This document shows, one piece after another, positions 40,762-54,640 of a stretch of DNA of 64,000 nucleotides. Position numbers and translations under genes: made by a program. Position 1 is the stretch's first letter, and the number at the start of each line of letters is the position of its first letter. This DNA is from Chrysomallon squamiferum (Eukaryota; Animalia; Mollusca): NCBI GenBank assembly GCA_012295275.1, contig CM022677.1, positions 11,718,001 through 11,782,000 of the forward strand, given 5' to 3'. The notes under the pieces were generated by a model that was not told the DNA's origin, made no database searches, and saw only the letters and a list, made by a program, of their open reading frames with translations.

Positions 40762-41791
40762 TTACAAATCGTATGTAATTTTTACAGACATAAAGACAAA
40801 CAGTGAAATACCTAAATGGAGAAGTTCTGGTATCATGGCAACATCATGTGTATATCGTCTGCTGGGCTTCGAGAGAATTACAACTTTTGTGTTTTCCAGA
40901 TCTGGTATCAAATGAAGTGGGATCAGTTCTGCCCATCTTAATATGTGCCAAATAAATAAATAAATAAATAAATAAATATGTAACAAAATAAATACAAGAA
41001 ACGAAATTTAAAAGAAAAAATTGTATGACTCTACTTTACAAGAGTATTTATAAATAATGTCAGTTTTGGGATAAAATATATAGAAACATTTCTGTATAAT
41101 ATATTATCAATGGGATTATAAATAAATATATAATTTTTATGTACTGTACGTTTCGAAAACGGCATATTGTGGGTCCTCAGTCTTTTGTGAGACGCTGCAT
41201 TAAACGAAATCATAAACTGGTTTATCAATAACTATATTTTTCTACGATAATGTTTTCTTGCTGTCAGTATTATTAGTCTATGCTAATTTAAAAAAGAAGT
41301 GTTTATGCTCATTTTTACATGCATGCTATTTCTCACCTCAATGGAAATGCTTCATCGCTTTTTCCGGGTGGATCATAACCGCTTAATCCCGAAATATTCG
41401 GAGCAGAGCCAAATTTATTTACGATGTTTTCCGAAAGTTGGCTAGAAAGATTAGCGGTTACTTTATAACAACAAGGAGGACAGTTGCAATTATCAGTATC
41501 TGCAAAGCCTTCTCCTGTGGGATTTAAATAGAACACAAAGTTATTTAAGTCAGAAATACCATGGGGCGTGCTCAGAAAAAGTATATCGGGCGATAAAGAC
41601 AGAATCGTCTGATCGACAGTTTTGCAGGCTTCGTGAATTTTCCACGCTTCTTGTTTTGCTGTGTGGTTGGTTGTATTGAAATGTTTCGGATCCAGAGCAA
41701 TTCCGCCGTGCGGCAGAACGAACCCGGCCAGTAGTTTGGAGAAAGATAAATCAAGTGATGTGAAAAACACAATCACAATTGCAAAACACAT
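40762..41791 (-). CDS. Predicted secreted LigB/Memo-like (class III extradiol dioxygenase subunit B fold) protein; exon 1 41337-41791, exon 2 ~40790-40936; C-terminal exons not found
   Basis: Hydrophobic N-terminus, then AGFVLPHGG, SPDILFLSTPHG and FPLR|WAELIPLHLIP...VVILS.PSRRY...ELLHLG. These fit the LigB-family PH...PD.i....PH...L.wG..iPL.f pattern. A phase-2 intron AG|GTGAGA...ttaag|A joins the exons in frame. The expected S.DlsH motif was not seen. Confidence 0.75.
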
Positions 41792-42240
41792 CTCGACTTT
41801 CTATTTCGTTCTTAAATCATATGACTCTAGAGTTACCTGCCCTTCTGTGTTTTTCCTTAAAGAGCAACAATACATCTGTATTTGTATAATGATAATCGAT
41901 AGAAATTAAAAATCTATATTATCGCCTTGTTAATTTATAAGAGTTTGTTTTCTGAATTGTCCCAATAGTTAATATTTTGTTGATGTTGTTTTTGTTTTTT
42001 CTTCTTTCATGTATTTGTTTGTCATTGTCATCATCATCATCAGCAGCAGCAGCTGCAGCATCATTGTTACCATTATTTTCTTGTTATTTTTATGGGCAAA
42101 GGGCGTGTACATGAAACGTTAAGCGATGCATCACAGTAGTTTGTATCAATACATTGTTTTAGAAAAACGTTCTTTAAAACAGATTTATATAACACTACAT
42201 GGTTGCTTTGGAGTAACATCAAAGTTTATTATTACCATCA

Positions 42241-42292
<52 letters not shown>

Positions 42293-42410
42293 CATCATTA
42301 TTAAAAGTTGATCTCTAAGTGACAAAATCTGAGGTAATAATGGCGTATTACTTTAGCTCCTTTTCAGCGGCCGCGCCTCACATTTTTCTTTCGTAATTCA
42401 GCATCATCGA

Positions 42411-42538
42411 AGCTGTAATAGCATGTTGTAGATAACGCTGCATCCGAAACACTGTGTTACCTGTAAGTGTGATAGGCCTGCATCAAAGCTGTAATAACAT
42501 GTTGTAGATGACGCTGCATCCGAAACACTGTGTTACCT
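42411..42538. repeat. 52-bp direct duplication spaced 76 bp apart, in a CpG-rich exon-like block
   Basis: agctgtaata.catgttgtagat.acgctgcatccgaaacactgtgttacct occurs at 42411-42462 and 42487-42538. Confidence 0.85.
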
Positions 42539-45059
42539 AATAAATAAACATTTTTCTTTTCATCTTGTACAGGTGGATTTCTTTGGTTCTCCCGATCGTT
42601 CACGTCCAATGCAAGGACACCGACGTCCATGGGCTCCACCCTCTTCCCGTGTGTAGCGGGCCACGTGAAAAGCACGACCTGGAGCTGACTGGAAGCGAAA
42701 AGCAGCTCAAAGCCTGAACTGGCAAAAACAACTGATGAACAGAAAAGTTGACAAAACGTTTGAAACACGAAACATCAAAAACATGTAAATCATGCCAGTC
42801 ATTTATATCTTGATCAGTGGTGGTGACAGAAAATGAAAGAAGTTTTTTCCTCTCAATGTTGCATTTATGAACATTATATTTACATAAAAGTAACAATAAT
42901 TCAGAAATGTTTTAGAATACATACATATATATATATTCAACCCATGTACGATATATATTTAAAAAAAAATAAAGTTTAATAATTTACTAAATTAAAAGGT
43001 GGTGTTGTTTTCTCTTTCATGTAATAAGGTTGAGCACAGATTTTGTTTTTAAAATCTACATTATTACATAATTAAGTATAGTTTATGAATTTTAATTTGT
43101 ACTATTTATTTATTATTTTGAAAGGTGCAAACTCATTTCAGAAATGATATCAGATTTTATTCATCTGAGAAGACAGAAATCTCGTGTGGTTAGCCGCTCT
43201 GTATATTTTATAGGATATTGCTACTTTTTTCAGTGTCATTACTTTGAAAGACCTTTCTATATACAGATAGACAAACAGACCAACAGAGTAGAGACAGAAG
43301 TGTATGTACTTAAGTTATAACGTATAAATATTTCACTCTAGTTTTCTTACTCTCTGTGTCACTCTCCAGATTACTCTAATTAGATGGATTATTTTATTTT
43401 ACCAGATGTTTAAGTATAATTAAGTAATATAGGTTGTGTGTTTAATCAGCAGATGATGACTATCCCTCATTAACAATTTATTGGTACTTCCAGTCATACC
43501 TCCCTCTAACTCCACATATTCCTCATCACCCAGTTTATAGATTAAGCCAAATTCCATTGTTATATCACTCAATCCATGGACCTACAATGATTACCTTATT
43601 TGTTAACAATGTGATAATATCTGAAAAGTAATTGCTTATATAACCAAACACCTTTATGTCCATAATTCCCTTTTTTTATCCTTTTATTGTTTTCCCAATT
43701 CTTCTTTGCACCAAAACGTTCATCCATCCCACCATCTAACACTCCATCCATCCTTACTTACCTGCATGTGTCTATCTATCTATCGGTCTATCTATATATT
43801 TGTTTTATTTCATCATCAAGTTCTCTGGCTAGTTGTCTATCTGTCTCTTTATTGGTCAACCTGTGGTGTAGCTTAAACTTGCACCTGCTCACCTCTTTCA
43901 AACATAGAAACAGACTTTAATGAAGAAATCATATGATTTTTTTACTCATATACATGTGCCCATTACCTGTCTAGATAACCATTTATTCATCACTATCCTC
44001 TGTCTGTCTATCTGTCTGTCTATATCTATTTTTATTTATATAATTATCTGTCATTCTCTGAAAAATCATACACATATGGCATACTTCTCTGTTTAATAGT
44101 TGTTTTCTCTCTGTAACACACAAACACATACAACCACACCTACATATCAGTCTCTCTCAGTCTAGCTATCCATAAAATAATCTAACATATAAATATAATC
44201 TTATTCACACATTCAGTTATATACCAGTCCTCTAACATAAATACAAATACTCGATTATAAACCTATGTATGTATGTATCTATTTATGTAATTTATACTGT
44301 GTATGTGTTTGTGTGTGTGTCCATCCATACATCTATATCTACTCTCTCTAACACACACATATATATACACATAAATATATTCACTCATATATTTATTTAT
44401 ATTTAATCTCTCTATCAGTCAGCTGACTCTCACAAAAAATCCACAAAAAAGCACACTATCTTTGACACACATTTATATACCCTTCTCTCTAACACATATA
44501 TTTATACACACACATACACCTCAGTTTATCTGTTACTATATATATCTATCTATATATGTACCTAATTATTGTCTACCAAATATATCAATCTATCTTTGAA
44601 GCGATGTCTATCTCTATATCAATCTATCTCACCTTCTCAGTTATACATAGCCACAGTCTATCTTGCACTCACACAAACAAATACGCACACACAAATACAC
44701 ACACACACACATACATACGTATACACTCTATTTACATCCTTTTTAAGTATTTAAATACACTTTTTCTATCTAGTTATCTATCTATAAATATATTTATTTA
44801 TCTATCTATTTATGCCATATACATAAGCAACAGAGTCGTTCATTATAGATGTGCAGGTATATACTCATGTCTCCTTGCATCTATCTATCTTTCTAGTTAT
44901 CTATCTACCTTTCTTCTGTCTATCAATTTACCTGTCTGTTATCTTCTACCATCTATCCACCCTTTTTTACACACACACACACACAAATGTAGTTACTTAT
45001 CCTTTTATATATATATATATACTAATCATCTTCTGAACATACAAATAAATTATCATTCC

Positions 45060-45125
45060 TATACACGTGCTGCCATCTTGGATTTCGATCGGAAATTTCC
45101 GTGAGGTCACGGAAGTTTTAAAATT
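45060..45125. promoter_or_regulatory. Possible housekeeping-type promoter
   Basis: CpG-containing patch in AT-rich DNA with cacgtg (E-box), gccatcttg (YY1-like) and cggaaat/cggaagt (ETS-like) motifs clustered. Confidence 0.35.
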
Positions 45126-47059
45126 TCCAAATATATTATTTTACGACTACTTTCTGAACTTTTTATGATTTACGCTGATAAAGATGGTTGTTCATATTAC
45201 AAAACCGTGATCACAGGCGCCTTTCCTAACTACTTTTTCAACTAAAATAAATGAAATAAATAAATAAAATAAATTAAAAAAATTAAATGAAAAACATTAA
45301 ACGAAATAGCAATTTTACAATAATTCATCAAATCATAATATCACGTTAAATAAACCAAAAATACTGGAAACTGGTTTGTTAAAACACAAAGAAAACGCAG
45401 AGAATGTGAATAAGCTGGTTGTATCTGCTACAAAACATTATACAGAATTGGTTATTTTCATCTAAAAGCAACAAATCTAATTTACCGTGACCTTGCATAT
45501 GCGAGGAGTAATCTATTTCAGAAGTTCGTGGTCTAAGAGAAATAACTCTATTTAACACGCACGTTGGTAAATAACAAAAAAGACTGAGTGCTGGGTAAAA
45601 TTTTAAAAAAAAAACGAATAATAAAAAAAAAAAAAAAAAAAAAAAAAAACATTCATGTCGCATGAATATAGATCATTCACTGAATTTACTAAATTCACTA
45701 AAATTATTTTTAGTTGGGGTAATTCGGGCCTCGGGGCAATTCGGGCCTCCGAGGTATATTATGACTTGCAGTCGCTATACTGCATTTTGAGGTTTCAAAA
45801 GTGATTGTTATTTTTTAGTCCTATAGACATAAGGTTAGTGATAAATTATAACAGGTAAACATATAATCGGTTTTTAAGTTCAGCAGAAGAAACTTGATTA
45901 ATATGTGGTAATTAGGCAAGAAATATGCTTTGTATTTTACTCCACCACTTGGGGCAATAAAATCAAAAGGATGAGGTATGCCGAGGCATTGTATTCTTGT
46001 GTGATGTTTGTCAAGGAGTTTAGTTTATTGAAGTTTTCAATTTGACTTGTATTATGATTAGGACTAATGATTTTAATTAGTATTATTGCAATTAGTGTTG
46101 TTGTTTTTATCGTTAATATCGTTATGTCAGTATACAGTCATTATAAAGAAAGAAACAATTATCAACAAATAAACAGATAGAGAGATAGACACACACAGAC
46201 ACAGCACACGCATAGAAAAGAAATAGTTTGGTATACGTGTTTGCCTTAGAGGATAGTTATATACAGGATTTCATATCAGTGAGAGGGTATTTATGTATAT
46301 AGTTAAATAACAGACAGATAGATACATTGATAGACATAGAGATAGATAGACATTTTACATTTCATAGGCAAATGAACTTGTAAGAAAATGTTTGTACATG
46401 CATTATTATATAATATCACATTAACCTCGCTTTTCACAACTTTTCTTTTATTCGTCATTTTAATTATTCAGTTCAGTTTTGGGTTTTTCTATCTGTCTGT
46501 GTGTCTGTATGTGTGTCTCACTCTCCATCTATTTGTCTGTCTATCTATCTATCCACCTACCTATCTACCTCTCAGATTACAGTGATAAGTGCAGGTGTCG
46601 CTGTAATTAAAACCTCAGTAAAAGAAATGATAAACACTGCAGAAAACATTGATAATAAAGCAGCGATGATATTTTATCTCACTGGGAGAGGTTCTGTCTA
46701 TGCCTAAAATACTGAAGGATCTTAAATATTAATATTAACATTAATAAATGTAATTATGTATTTATTTGTCCCTGTAAACGGCAACTGAAATTTCCTTTGT
46801 ATTGCAGTAATGAAAAAAAAATGTTGTTGTTATTATGATGAACGCTGTTTACCATATATAATGGAACTGAACGACAATATTTACAGTTTATTTGCTTCAA
46901 CCAGACCTGTTTATACTAATACATATAAATTCAGCGAAAGAACCGTAATATTTTACATTTACATATAGCTCTCTAGATTATATCTAGTTGAATATTAATT
47001 GTCTAATTTTCAATTTAATTTTTAGGGGAGATAATAGAATATCACTTTCTACAGTTAAT

Positions 47060-48025
47060 TAAGAATTAATCTGTAACAGCGCAGTATATTTACAGAACTT
47101 GTGTTATAATAAACAAGATTCATCTCGCGCATCCTCGCCTTTTCACTTTACTTTTAATAATAAAAACGTCTATTAATGTTTCTCTATATTCTAGACTTTT
47201 CTAGTATTTAAGAAAGATGCATCAATAACATGGTGAAGTTAATTCATCTTAATCTAGCCTCTCACCTCTCAACTGCAATTCTACTATCTTAATAAAAAAA
47301 ATTTAAAAAAAGAATTATTCGCATTATTAAACGTTGATTCATTATTGAACTTGTTAGATACGTTATACCTGTTAATGAAAAATTAAGCTTATTATTTATT
47401 TATTTATTTATTTATTATGCAAAATAAAATTATCTAATATTGTTAATTAAAAACAATAATACCTCTATTTATCAATACACTGTGTTTTCAATATATAATA
47501 TTACCGCTACGCCTCTGTTAAAAACATAAAAAACGCCGTGTAAAATGACTCCTACTTAGCTCTTCTGTGAAACAAGTTCTGTTAATAAAAATCGCATTAG
47601 TATGGAAGCGTTCTCGATATTCTAATATAATTCTACTGTTGTTTATAAAAACACGCTAATCTGGAAGCCCAATCTACTTTTCTGAATGGTCACTGTGTTT
47701 TCGCAGTAAAATTACACCTGTAATGTTTACTATAATGCTACAGTACACACATAAAACAAGAACAACAACGACAACGACAACAACAATAGTAATGTAAAGA
47801 AAAGAGAATTTTAGTCTTTATTCGATTTCTTTACTTCTCAATATCCAGTACGTCATCGCTATTTATCTCACGTGTTTTATGTCGTAAATAATTAGCAATA
47901 ATAGATCATTTCATTTCGCATAATAAATAAATAAATAAATAAATAATAAGCTTAATTTTTCATTAACTGGTATAATGTGTTGAATAATGAAACGATGCGT
48001 ATGAAAAACATTATTATTATTATTA

Positions 48026-48059
<34 letters not shown>

Positions 48060-48430
48060 GCGTATCTTTCATAAATACTAGAAAATTCATTTTGGATTTC
48101 ACATATAATTCTACTGTTGTTTATAAAAAAAAACGCTACATTTCTGAAAGTACACAGTGTTTTCGCAGTAAAATCAGATCTTTAATGTTTATTATAATGC
48201 TATTGTATAAACATTAAAAAAGCAACAAAAAATAAATAAAATTAAAACAAACAAACAAAGAATAGTAATATAAAGAAAATACTATTTAATCTTTATGCGT
48301 AGAGTTCACGCTTGGCTTTTATAATTAACAGACATTTATATTATTAAGAGGAAAATGAAAAGACGAGAATGCGCAAGATGAACCATGTAATAAGACGAGT
48401 TCTGTAAATATAACATTAGCTTATTAACAG
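47060..48430. mobile_element. Foldback/MITE-like non-coding element with nested inverted and direct repeats
   Basis: 47085-47175 is inverted to 48325-48412. 47340-47435 is inverted to 47900-47990. 47625-47820 is a direct repeat of 48104-48295. Confidence 0.6.
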
Positions 48431-49144
48431 TCCCTGCGTTTCCTTTGTCTTTTAAATATCCAGGTTCTTTTATTATTATTATTTTTTATTTAATGTTTTA
48501 TTATTACTTACCTAATTATTGTAAAATGCCTATTTTATTTAATTACTTTTTATTTAATTTTATTTAATTATTTTCGATTTGTCTCTTTAAAAACTATAAA
48601 TTTATATATACATATGTTTTATTTTAAATGTTTGTATATTTGCACATATCAATACATTTTATTTAAGATATTATTATACGGCGTCGGCTACCATAACGCA
48701 TTTCCGATTAACATTAAACCTTCATTTCACAACATCAGGTAACACATTTTTTTTTTTTTTTTTTATACTCAGATAAAACTTGAAACTGAGAATACATTAA
48801 GCGTTAAAAACTGAGAAAAAAAAAAAAAAATAGGTCCCTACTGAAATTAGGTCGGGGAAATTGGGCTGGTTGGTTCTGAATCTTACTATAATTAGTCAAA
48901 TCGTATAAAAACATCACCAAACCAAAAAGTTTTGTCAGATAGTTTCGAACAGCTCATAAAACTATCTGACACGAGAAGACATGGCGTTGTTAGACTTGTT
49001 CCACTTTACCCCTTTACCTGGACTAACAATGTCTGTAAGGAGTGGCTGATGGCACGACATCTACTTCTGACATTAATCCACAAAACAGCTTTGGAAAGTC
49101 TTGGAAAGTTTTGGAAATTCAATGCAGTGTTTTCCAGGACCTGC

Positions 49145-49183
<39 letters not shown>

Positions 49184-50899
49184 GAGGAGTAGGGGAGTGT
49201 TCACTGTCTGTGGAAGTGTATTGAAATTTTTTAACAAATATTTCTATTTTCAGTACAGTAGGTACTAACATATGTATCTGAAAAATCGGCTTTTAAAAAA
49301 AAATAAAAAAAGAGTTTATAAAATTAGCAGATTTTTAGAAATTAACAGTTCTTTGAATTATAAAATTTCATCAGTTTCGTCATTTCTGAGTACTCTCTAA
49401 ATATAGATAAAAATCATTATTATTTAAAAACCCATTTAAAAAATAAATAAATAAAATGAATAATGGTACAAAAAAGTTTTATTGTATTTTTAATATGCTC
49501 AGTGATCATTAAATGTTATATTACTTATATTTATTTACTGTAATGCAAAATATGATGAGTTTTTAGTAAAATATTACCAATTCACGGCAATTCACATTTT
49601 GTTTTTTTAATTTCTACTTTCTTTCTTTCTTTCTTTAATTATTATATTTATTTTTATGTTGTTTCCGAATCTAAACAAAAAATAAGAAGGTTAGTACTTC
49701 AAACTGGTGACCATTTTTACTGCGCCTGCAATGAATTACTTTAATAACGGAGGGGTATCAGACAAGCGCATTTTTGTAAAAATGGCAGAAATTACTGGAA
49801 CAATAGTAAGTTTAAAATGAAAACATTATTATTAACTTTTATTTTTTTTTAAAAATTTGAAAATATTCATACTTTTATTTTTTGTCAAAATTCCTAAAAT
49901 AAGTATATTTAAATTAGTTATTTTGTATTTTTATTATATCTTTTTTGTTATTTTTATTTTTTTTTTTCAATTTTACAAGAACAATAGTTTATTTGGAAAT
50001 TTCTTATTTCAAAAGAAAAAGTTATTTTGTATTTTGTTATTTGTTTCCTAACAGTGTAGTTAAGAAAAAAATGACTAGTGACTAATTTGCATCCTAAAAT
50101 GTCAGTTCGACATCCTAAATATTTTTATAGTGTAATCTAGTTTTGGACTAAATGGTGTGCAAACATTTCAAGCTGTATTTATTTACTTCAAATGGACATG
50201 GTATAACTAATTAATATAAGTATGCAGAAATAAAAAACAGTTTCAGAGCTGCAACATGGAGAAATGACTGATGAAAGCTTCTGGAAATGCAGATTTAACA
50301 CTGCACAGGCTCTGTCATGAGTTCTATTTTTAAAAATTAAAATCCAACATATAAAATTAATAATTACTGGGGAATTGAAATAAGTCAGTAATATATAAAA
50401 AAGGATTTGTACCATGCAGTTCATATTTTTATAATATATTTCAAAGAAGATGGAGAAAATGCTTTTAATTTATTTATATTTTAATTTTAGAATTATTTGT
50501 TGTAATTTCTTTATAACCAGTTATACTTATATTAAGAAATATTTTTCTTTTGCTAGTTATTTTATGGATTGAAGACTATCATTTGAAAGCTGTCAACAAA
50601 AAAGAATGCATTTAGGTAGAGAAGGCACAAAATGAAATGTGAAAGAAAAAGGACATTATCAAAACTTCATTGATACATTTCTGTATGGTCTCTGTAAGTG
50701 AACAAATATATTTTTGTTAGTAATTTTATAATATTAGTTACATTAGTTATGATCTAGCAGCTTTACTTCTTGTTTACTGTTCATTTGAGACCTCAGAATC
50801 CCACTTGAATTTCTTTAGATGAATATGTGGAGTCATGTTTTTAATTCTATTCATGGCTTTTAATCTCTGGAAATCCAAAAAATATTTTTCCTGTCTCGT

Positions 50900-50935
<36 letters not shown>

Positions 50936-52572
50936 ACATGATGTATTCAGTTTATCCTACATAAAGTTATATTTTTTCACCAATCCACTAGTCACAAGAA
51001 TATTTTTTCAAGTGGGTTTTCATTTTGCATAATTTTACTACAATATAATAATAATTATTGATCTAATGGAAGACTGTCAGTTAATGTACAGCTGACAAAT
51101 TATTAAAAGTTAATTTGTGAATCTGTGCAAAACTCTTTTAAACAGTTAATGCTTTTTTAAACACCACTGTTTGTTTTATTCAAGTACAAACGTTCAGTTC
51201 ATATTAATCAAAGGTCATGGTTTTTGCTGTTCTGATTACTGTAAAATGTTCTAGCAGATCAGTTACAACTATTAATATCAAACAAGCAAACACATGCACA
51301 TATATGTCTAAAAAGAATACCTAAAAAAGTCTTTAAAGAGAAAAATACTTTTATTAAAATAATTTTAAAAATTAACAATATTAAATATAGTTTTTGACAT
51401 AAACTGCTTTTATCTCAATTTAATTACCATACCTGAAAAATACTATTTAAAGAGTATAGATCTTTTTAACTGGATAATATTTTATTTATTTATTTATATT
51501 GGACTGCAGTGCTTGTGTTATATATAAAACAAACATATAGTAAGTTTAATGGTACCTCTGGGAAATAATTAATAATAACAACTCCCAATTTACAGAAACA
51601 CAAACACAGAATTAATATGAATTAAAGTAGTTTTAAAATAATGGACTACATAGGAATTAGCTTACATGTAACATTTGTTAATTACTGTATTAAAAGTTCA
51701 CATACTTGTTATAAATGTTGTTTTAATCACAAACCTTTTAACATTTTATTTATTTTTAGTTATAATTTTAAATGATAATTTTTTAAATTATATGTTCAAA
51801 TTAAAATTAAAATTTTTCAGTTTTAATATTTAATTCATTTCCAAAAACATGAATGGATATTATTTTTTGTTTGTTTTTAAATTTTAGAAAAAAAAAGTTC
51901 TGTCTTTCAGTTTTTACTTTATATCACCTCACTGTTCTTTTGTGTATGCTCACACTGTTTTTTATCTGGAACTGTCAGTCTGACAAGTCACTGTGTCAGA
52001 ATGCAGACTGATCTAAGGGTTCCTTGCCCTGGATGATTGCCAGTGGCTGGTCAGTTATTTGACATTTAGCTTAGGCACCTCAATTACATTTAATATTTTT
52101 GAGGACACAAATAATTTTTATTTAATCCCCATATTATTTTTATCTAACTGACCTAAATCTTTAGGAATATTTTTATTGAGATCCTGAGATTTTTTTTCAG
52201 TTATTATATCTGCTGATAAATGGTCACAGTTTTAACCTGAATTACAACAGGGTTGTGTTTATTAATGGTTAACTGTTTGCTGTTAGATGATTAAAGCCTA
52301 TTTCAGTGGATGGGATTTTAAGTTGATTTTATGTAATTATAAAAATGAACTTTTCACAAGATTTAAACTTGGTAATAGACAGTTGAACCATGTTGGACCA
52401 TCGTTTAGATGTTTCATGTTGTCTGTGAGATTTTGTCCACATCAATCTGCCATACAAACAAGATTTAAATTTAATATTTAAAAAAAAAAATGAAAGAAAA
52501 TAAAAAGAAACATCAACAAATAATAATAAATGACATATTTAAAGAAATAAGACATTTCACCATTAGCTCAGA

Positions 52573-52615
<43 letters not shown>

Positions 52616-53316
52616 TGGAGAACTTCAGAATTATATAAAAGCATCTTTGAATGAAATTAATATTTTCTTGTAACTGTTTGATAGTTTTATTCTTACCAGT
52701 TAACAGCAAAGGATATTTTACATGCATCACACAGGAGTGATGTGTGATCAGTCTAGTTTCTCTCATTTCCTCTTCCTAATTTCACTATGAATAGTGATGA
52801 TTTTTTTTTTTTTTATAATTTAAATATTTTAATTTTAATTTAATTTAATTTTATTATTTTATTTTATTTTATTTTATTTTATTTTATTTATTTTTTCTAT
52901 AAACAATATTTTATTTATTAATTTAATTTTATAGCAGATATTTACTTGTCTGTTTTAATTCTGTGTCCTGGGATTTCAGTAAAGGACTCCTTTTGTTTTC
53001 CCAGAACATGGTTTGAAACAGCTTGCTTAAGATCCCTAAATAATAATCCAAATTTATCTGCTGAAAATTGTTTAGCATTCTTCTTTATAACTTTTGGCAT
53101 CATATTTACATGGCAGATTTGTAGAATAATTCAGATATCTTCGTGTTTGCAGATTTGAAGAATATTTGTTTAATCATAAAGATTATAATATCAGCTTGAT
53201 AAATAAAATATCTGATATGAGAGATACTTTATGGTTTCAGAATTTCTAGCACCAAACATAAGGAATAACCAGTTTAATCATTGCAAAACATTGGTCAAAC
53301 ATAGGAATAACCAATT

Positions 53317-53789
53317 CAGTGGCAGATCCAGAAATAAAAGAATGGCTGGATTGGGATGGAATAAACTTACTGGGAGTCTGGCTGTATCCCAGAGATGATG
53401 AACAATGCACATATCTTGCCATGTTGTGATTTAAAGTAAAAATTGTAAAATCTTCTGTTTATAATAAATGCTGATAATGTTAGATCAGTTGGATTGTCAA
53501 CAAATACTTTGGGTGATGTATATGCACCAGTAATTAAAATACAACCAATTTCAGTCAGCGAGAAAATTATCTCAGTACATTGTTTTGTGTTGTACAATGT
53601 TATGGTTAAGATGACATTATTAAATGTCACAGATACAAATAACTTACAGGATTCTGTTACATCATGTTTAATGTATTTTGATCAGTAGAGTGATGTCGTA
53701 AAATTTATTAATTATATTTCAAATGAACAGTAAAAAACAAAACAAAATAATAAAAAAAGTAAAATTCACTTCCACTGGATCAGCCACTG
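53317..53789. mobile_element. Non-autonomous hAT-like MITE
   Basis: Ends cagtggcagatccag (53317) and ctggatcagccactg (to 53789) match 14/15 as inverted repeats and resemble CAGTGGCGGATCCAG termini. No 8-bp TSD is visible. Confidence 0.55.
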
Positions 53790-54329
53790 AATTTATTCTA
53801 TTTTATTAAATGTTGTAGTAGTGTCAAACTGTCTAATAACCAATTTAAAGTGTCAAGCTTACCTCGCTCTATGTCATTTCAGCCTGTGTCAAATTCATCT
53901 TTGATTCATGTGGTCAAACAATTAAATTGTTTAACATTTGTAAACTCCACTTTTCTTCAGCACTGGCAACAGTTGTACATTTTCCTCCACAGTGCAGACT
54001 CAAAGCAGTTTCCAGTCAGAAAATAAGAAAACACAGACCTTAAAAATGGATTGATTATGAATTATATTGTAATACTATTTACAGTATATGGTTATTTGAA
54101 TATAAATGGAGCAAAAGTAGAAGTTCATTTAAGAAGTGACTTTTGAAAAGTGATCCTTGGAGAATCTGCTTCAGTGTGGGACTTTATGAAGCAAAGAGGA
54201 GACTGTTTCAGAAGTCTTCTTCAGGGTATTACAGGTTTCACTAGGTTTTCTTTAGGTTTTGTCAGACCTTGTTCACGTGTTCTAATAGCTATTTTAATAC
54301 TGACAAACATTGCCAATATGATTACCTTA

Positions 54330-54640
54330 TTAATTGTTAGTGATATCCATATCACTGTCAGACACTGATAACATGTCTCATGTTGTTGTAGTTGTAAAAC
54401 ACTAGTGATATCCATATCACTGTCAGACACTGACTGTATGTCTCGTTGTTTTTGAAGTGGTAAAATATTAGCCATACCCATATTTGTTAGATATCCACAA
54501 CATATGTGCTGTTGTAGAGATAAAACACTAGGTATACCCATATTTATTGTCAGACATCCACTACATATCTCTTGTTGTTGTAGTGGTAAAACACTAGCCA
54601 TACCCATATTTATTGTTTCAAGACATCCATAACATATGTG
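54330..54640. repeat. Diverged ~60-66 bp tandem repeat, ~5 copies
   Basis: Recurring taaaacactag..ata.ccatat...tgtcagaca..c...acat.t.tc..gttgttgtagt units. Confidence 0.7.

Noticed and set aside
37086-41791. P4HA plus LigB-like gene as a functional dioxygenase cluster
   Set aside because: They are separated by an assembly gap and a LINE fragment, both appear damaged, and nothing in the sequence shows co-regulation. Duplication mosaicism explains the adjacency.
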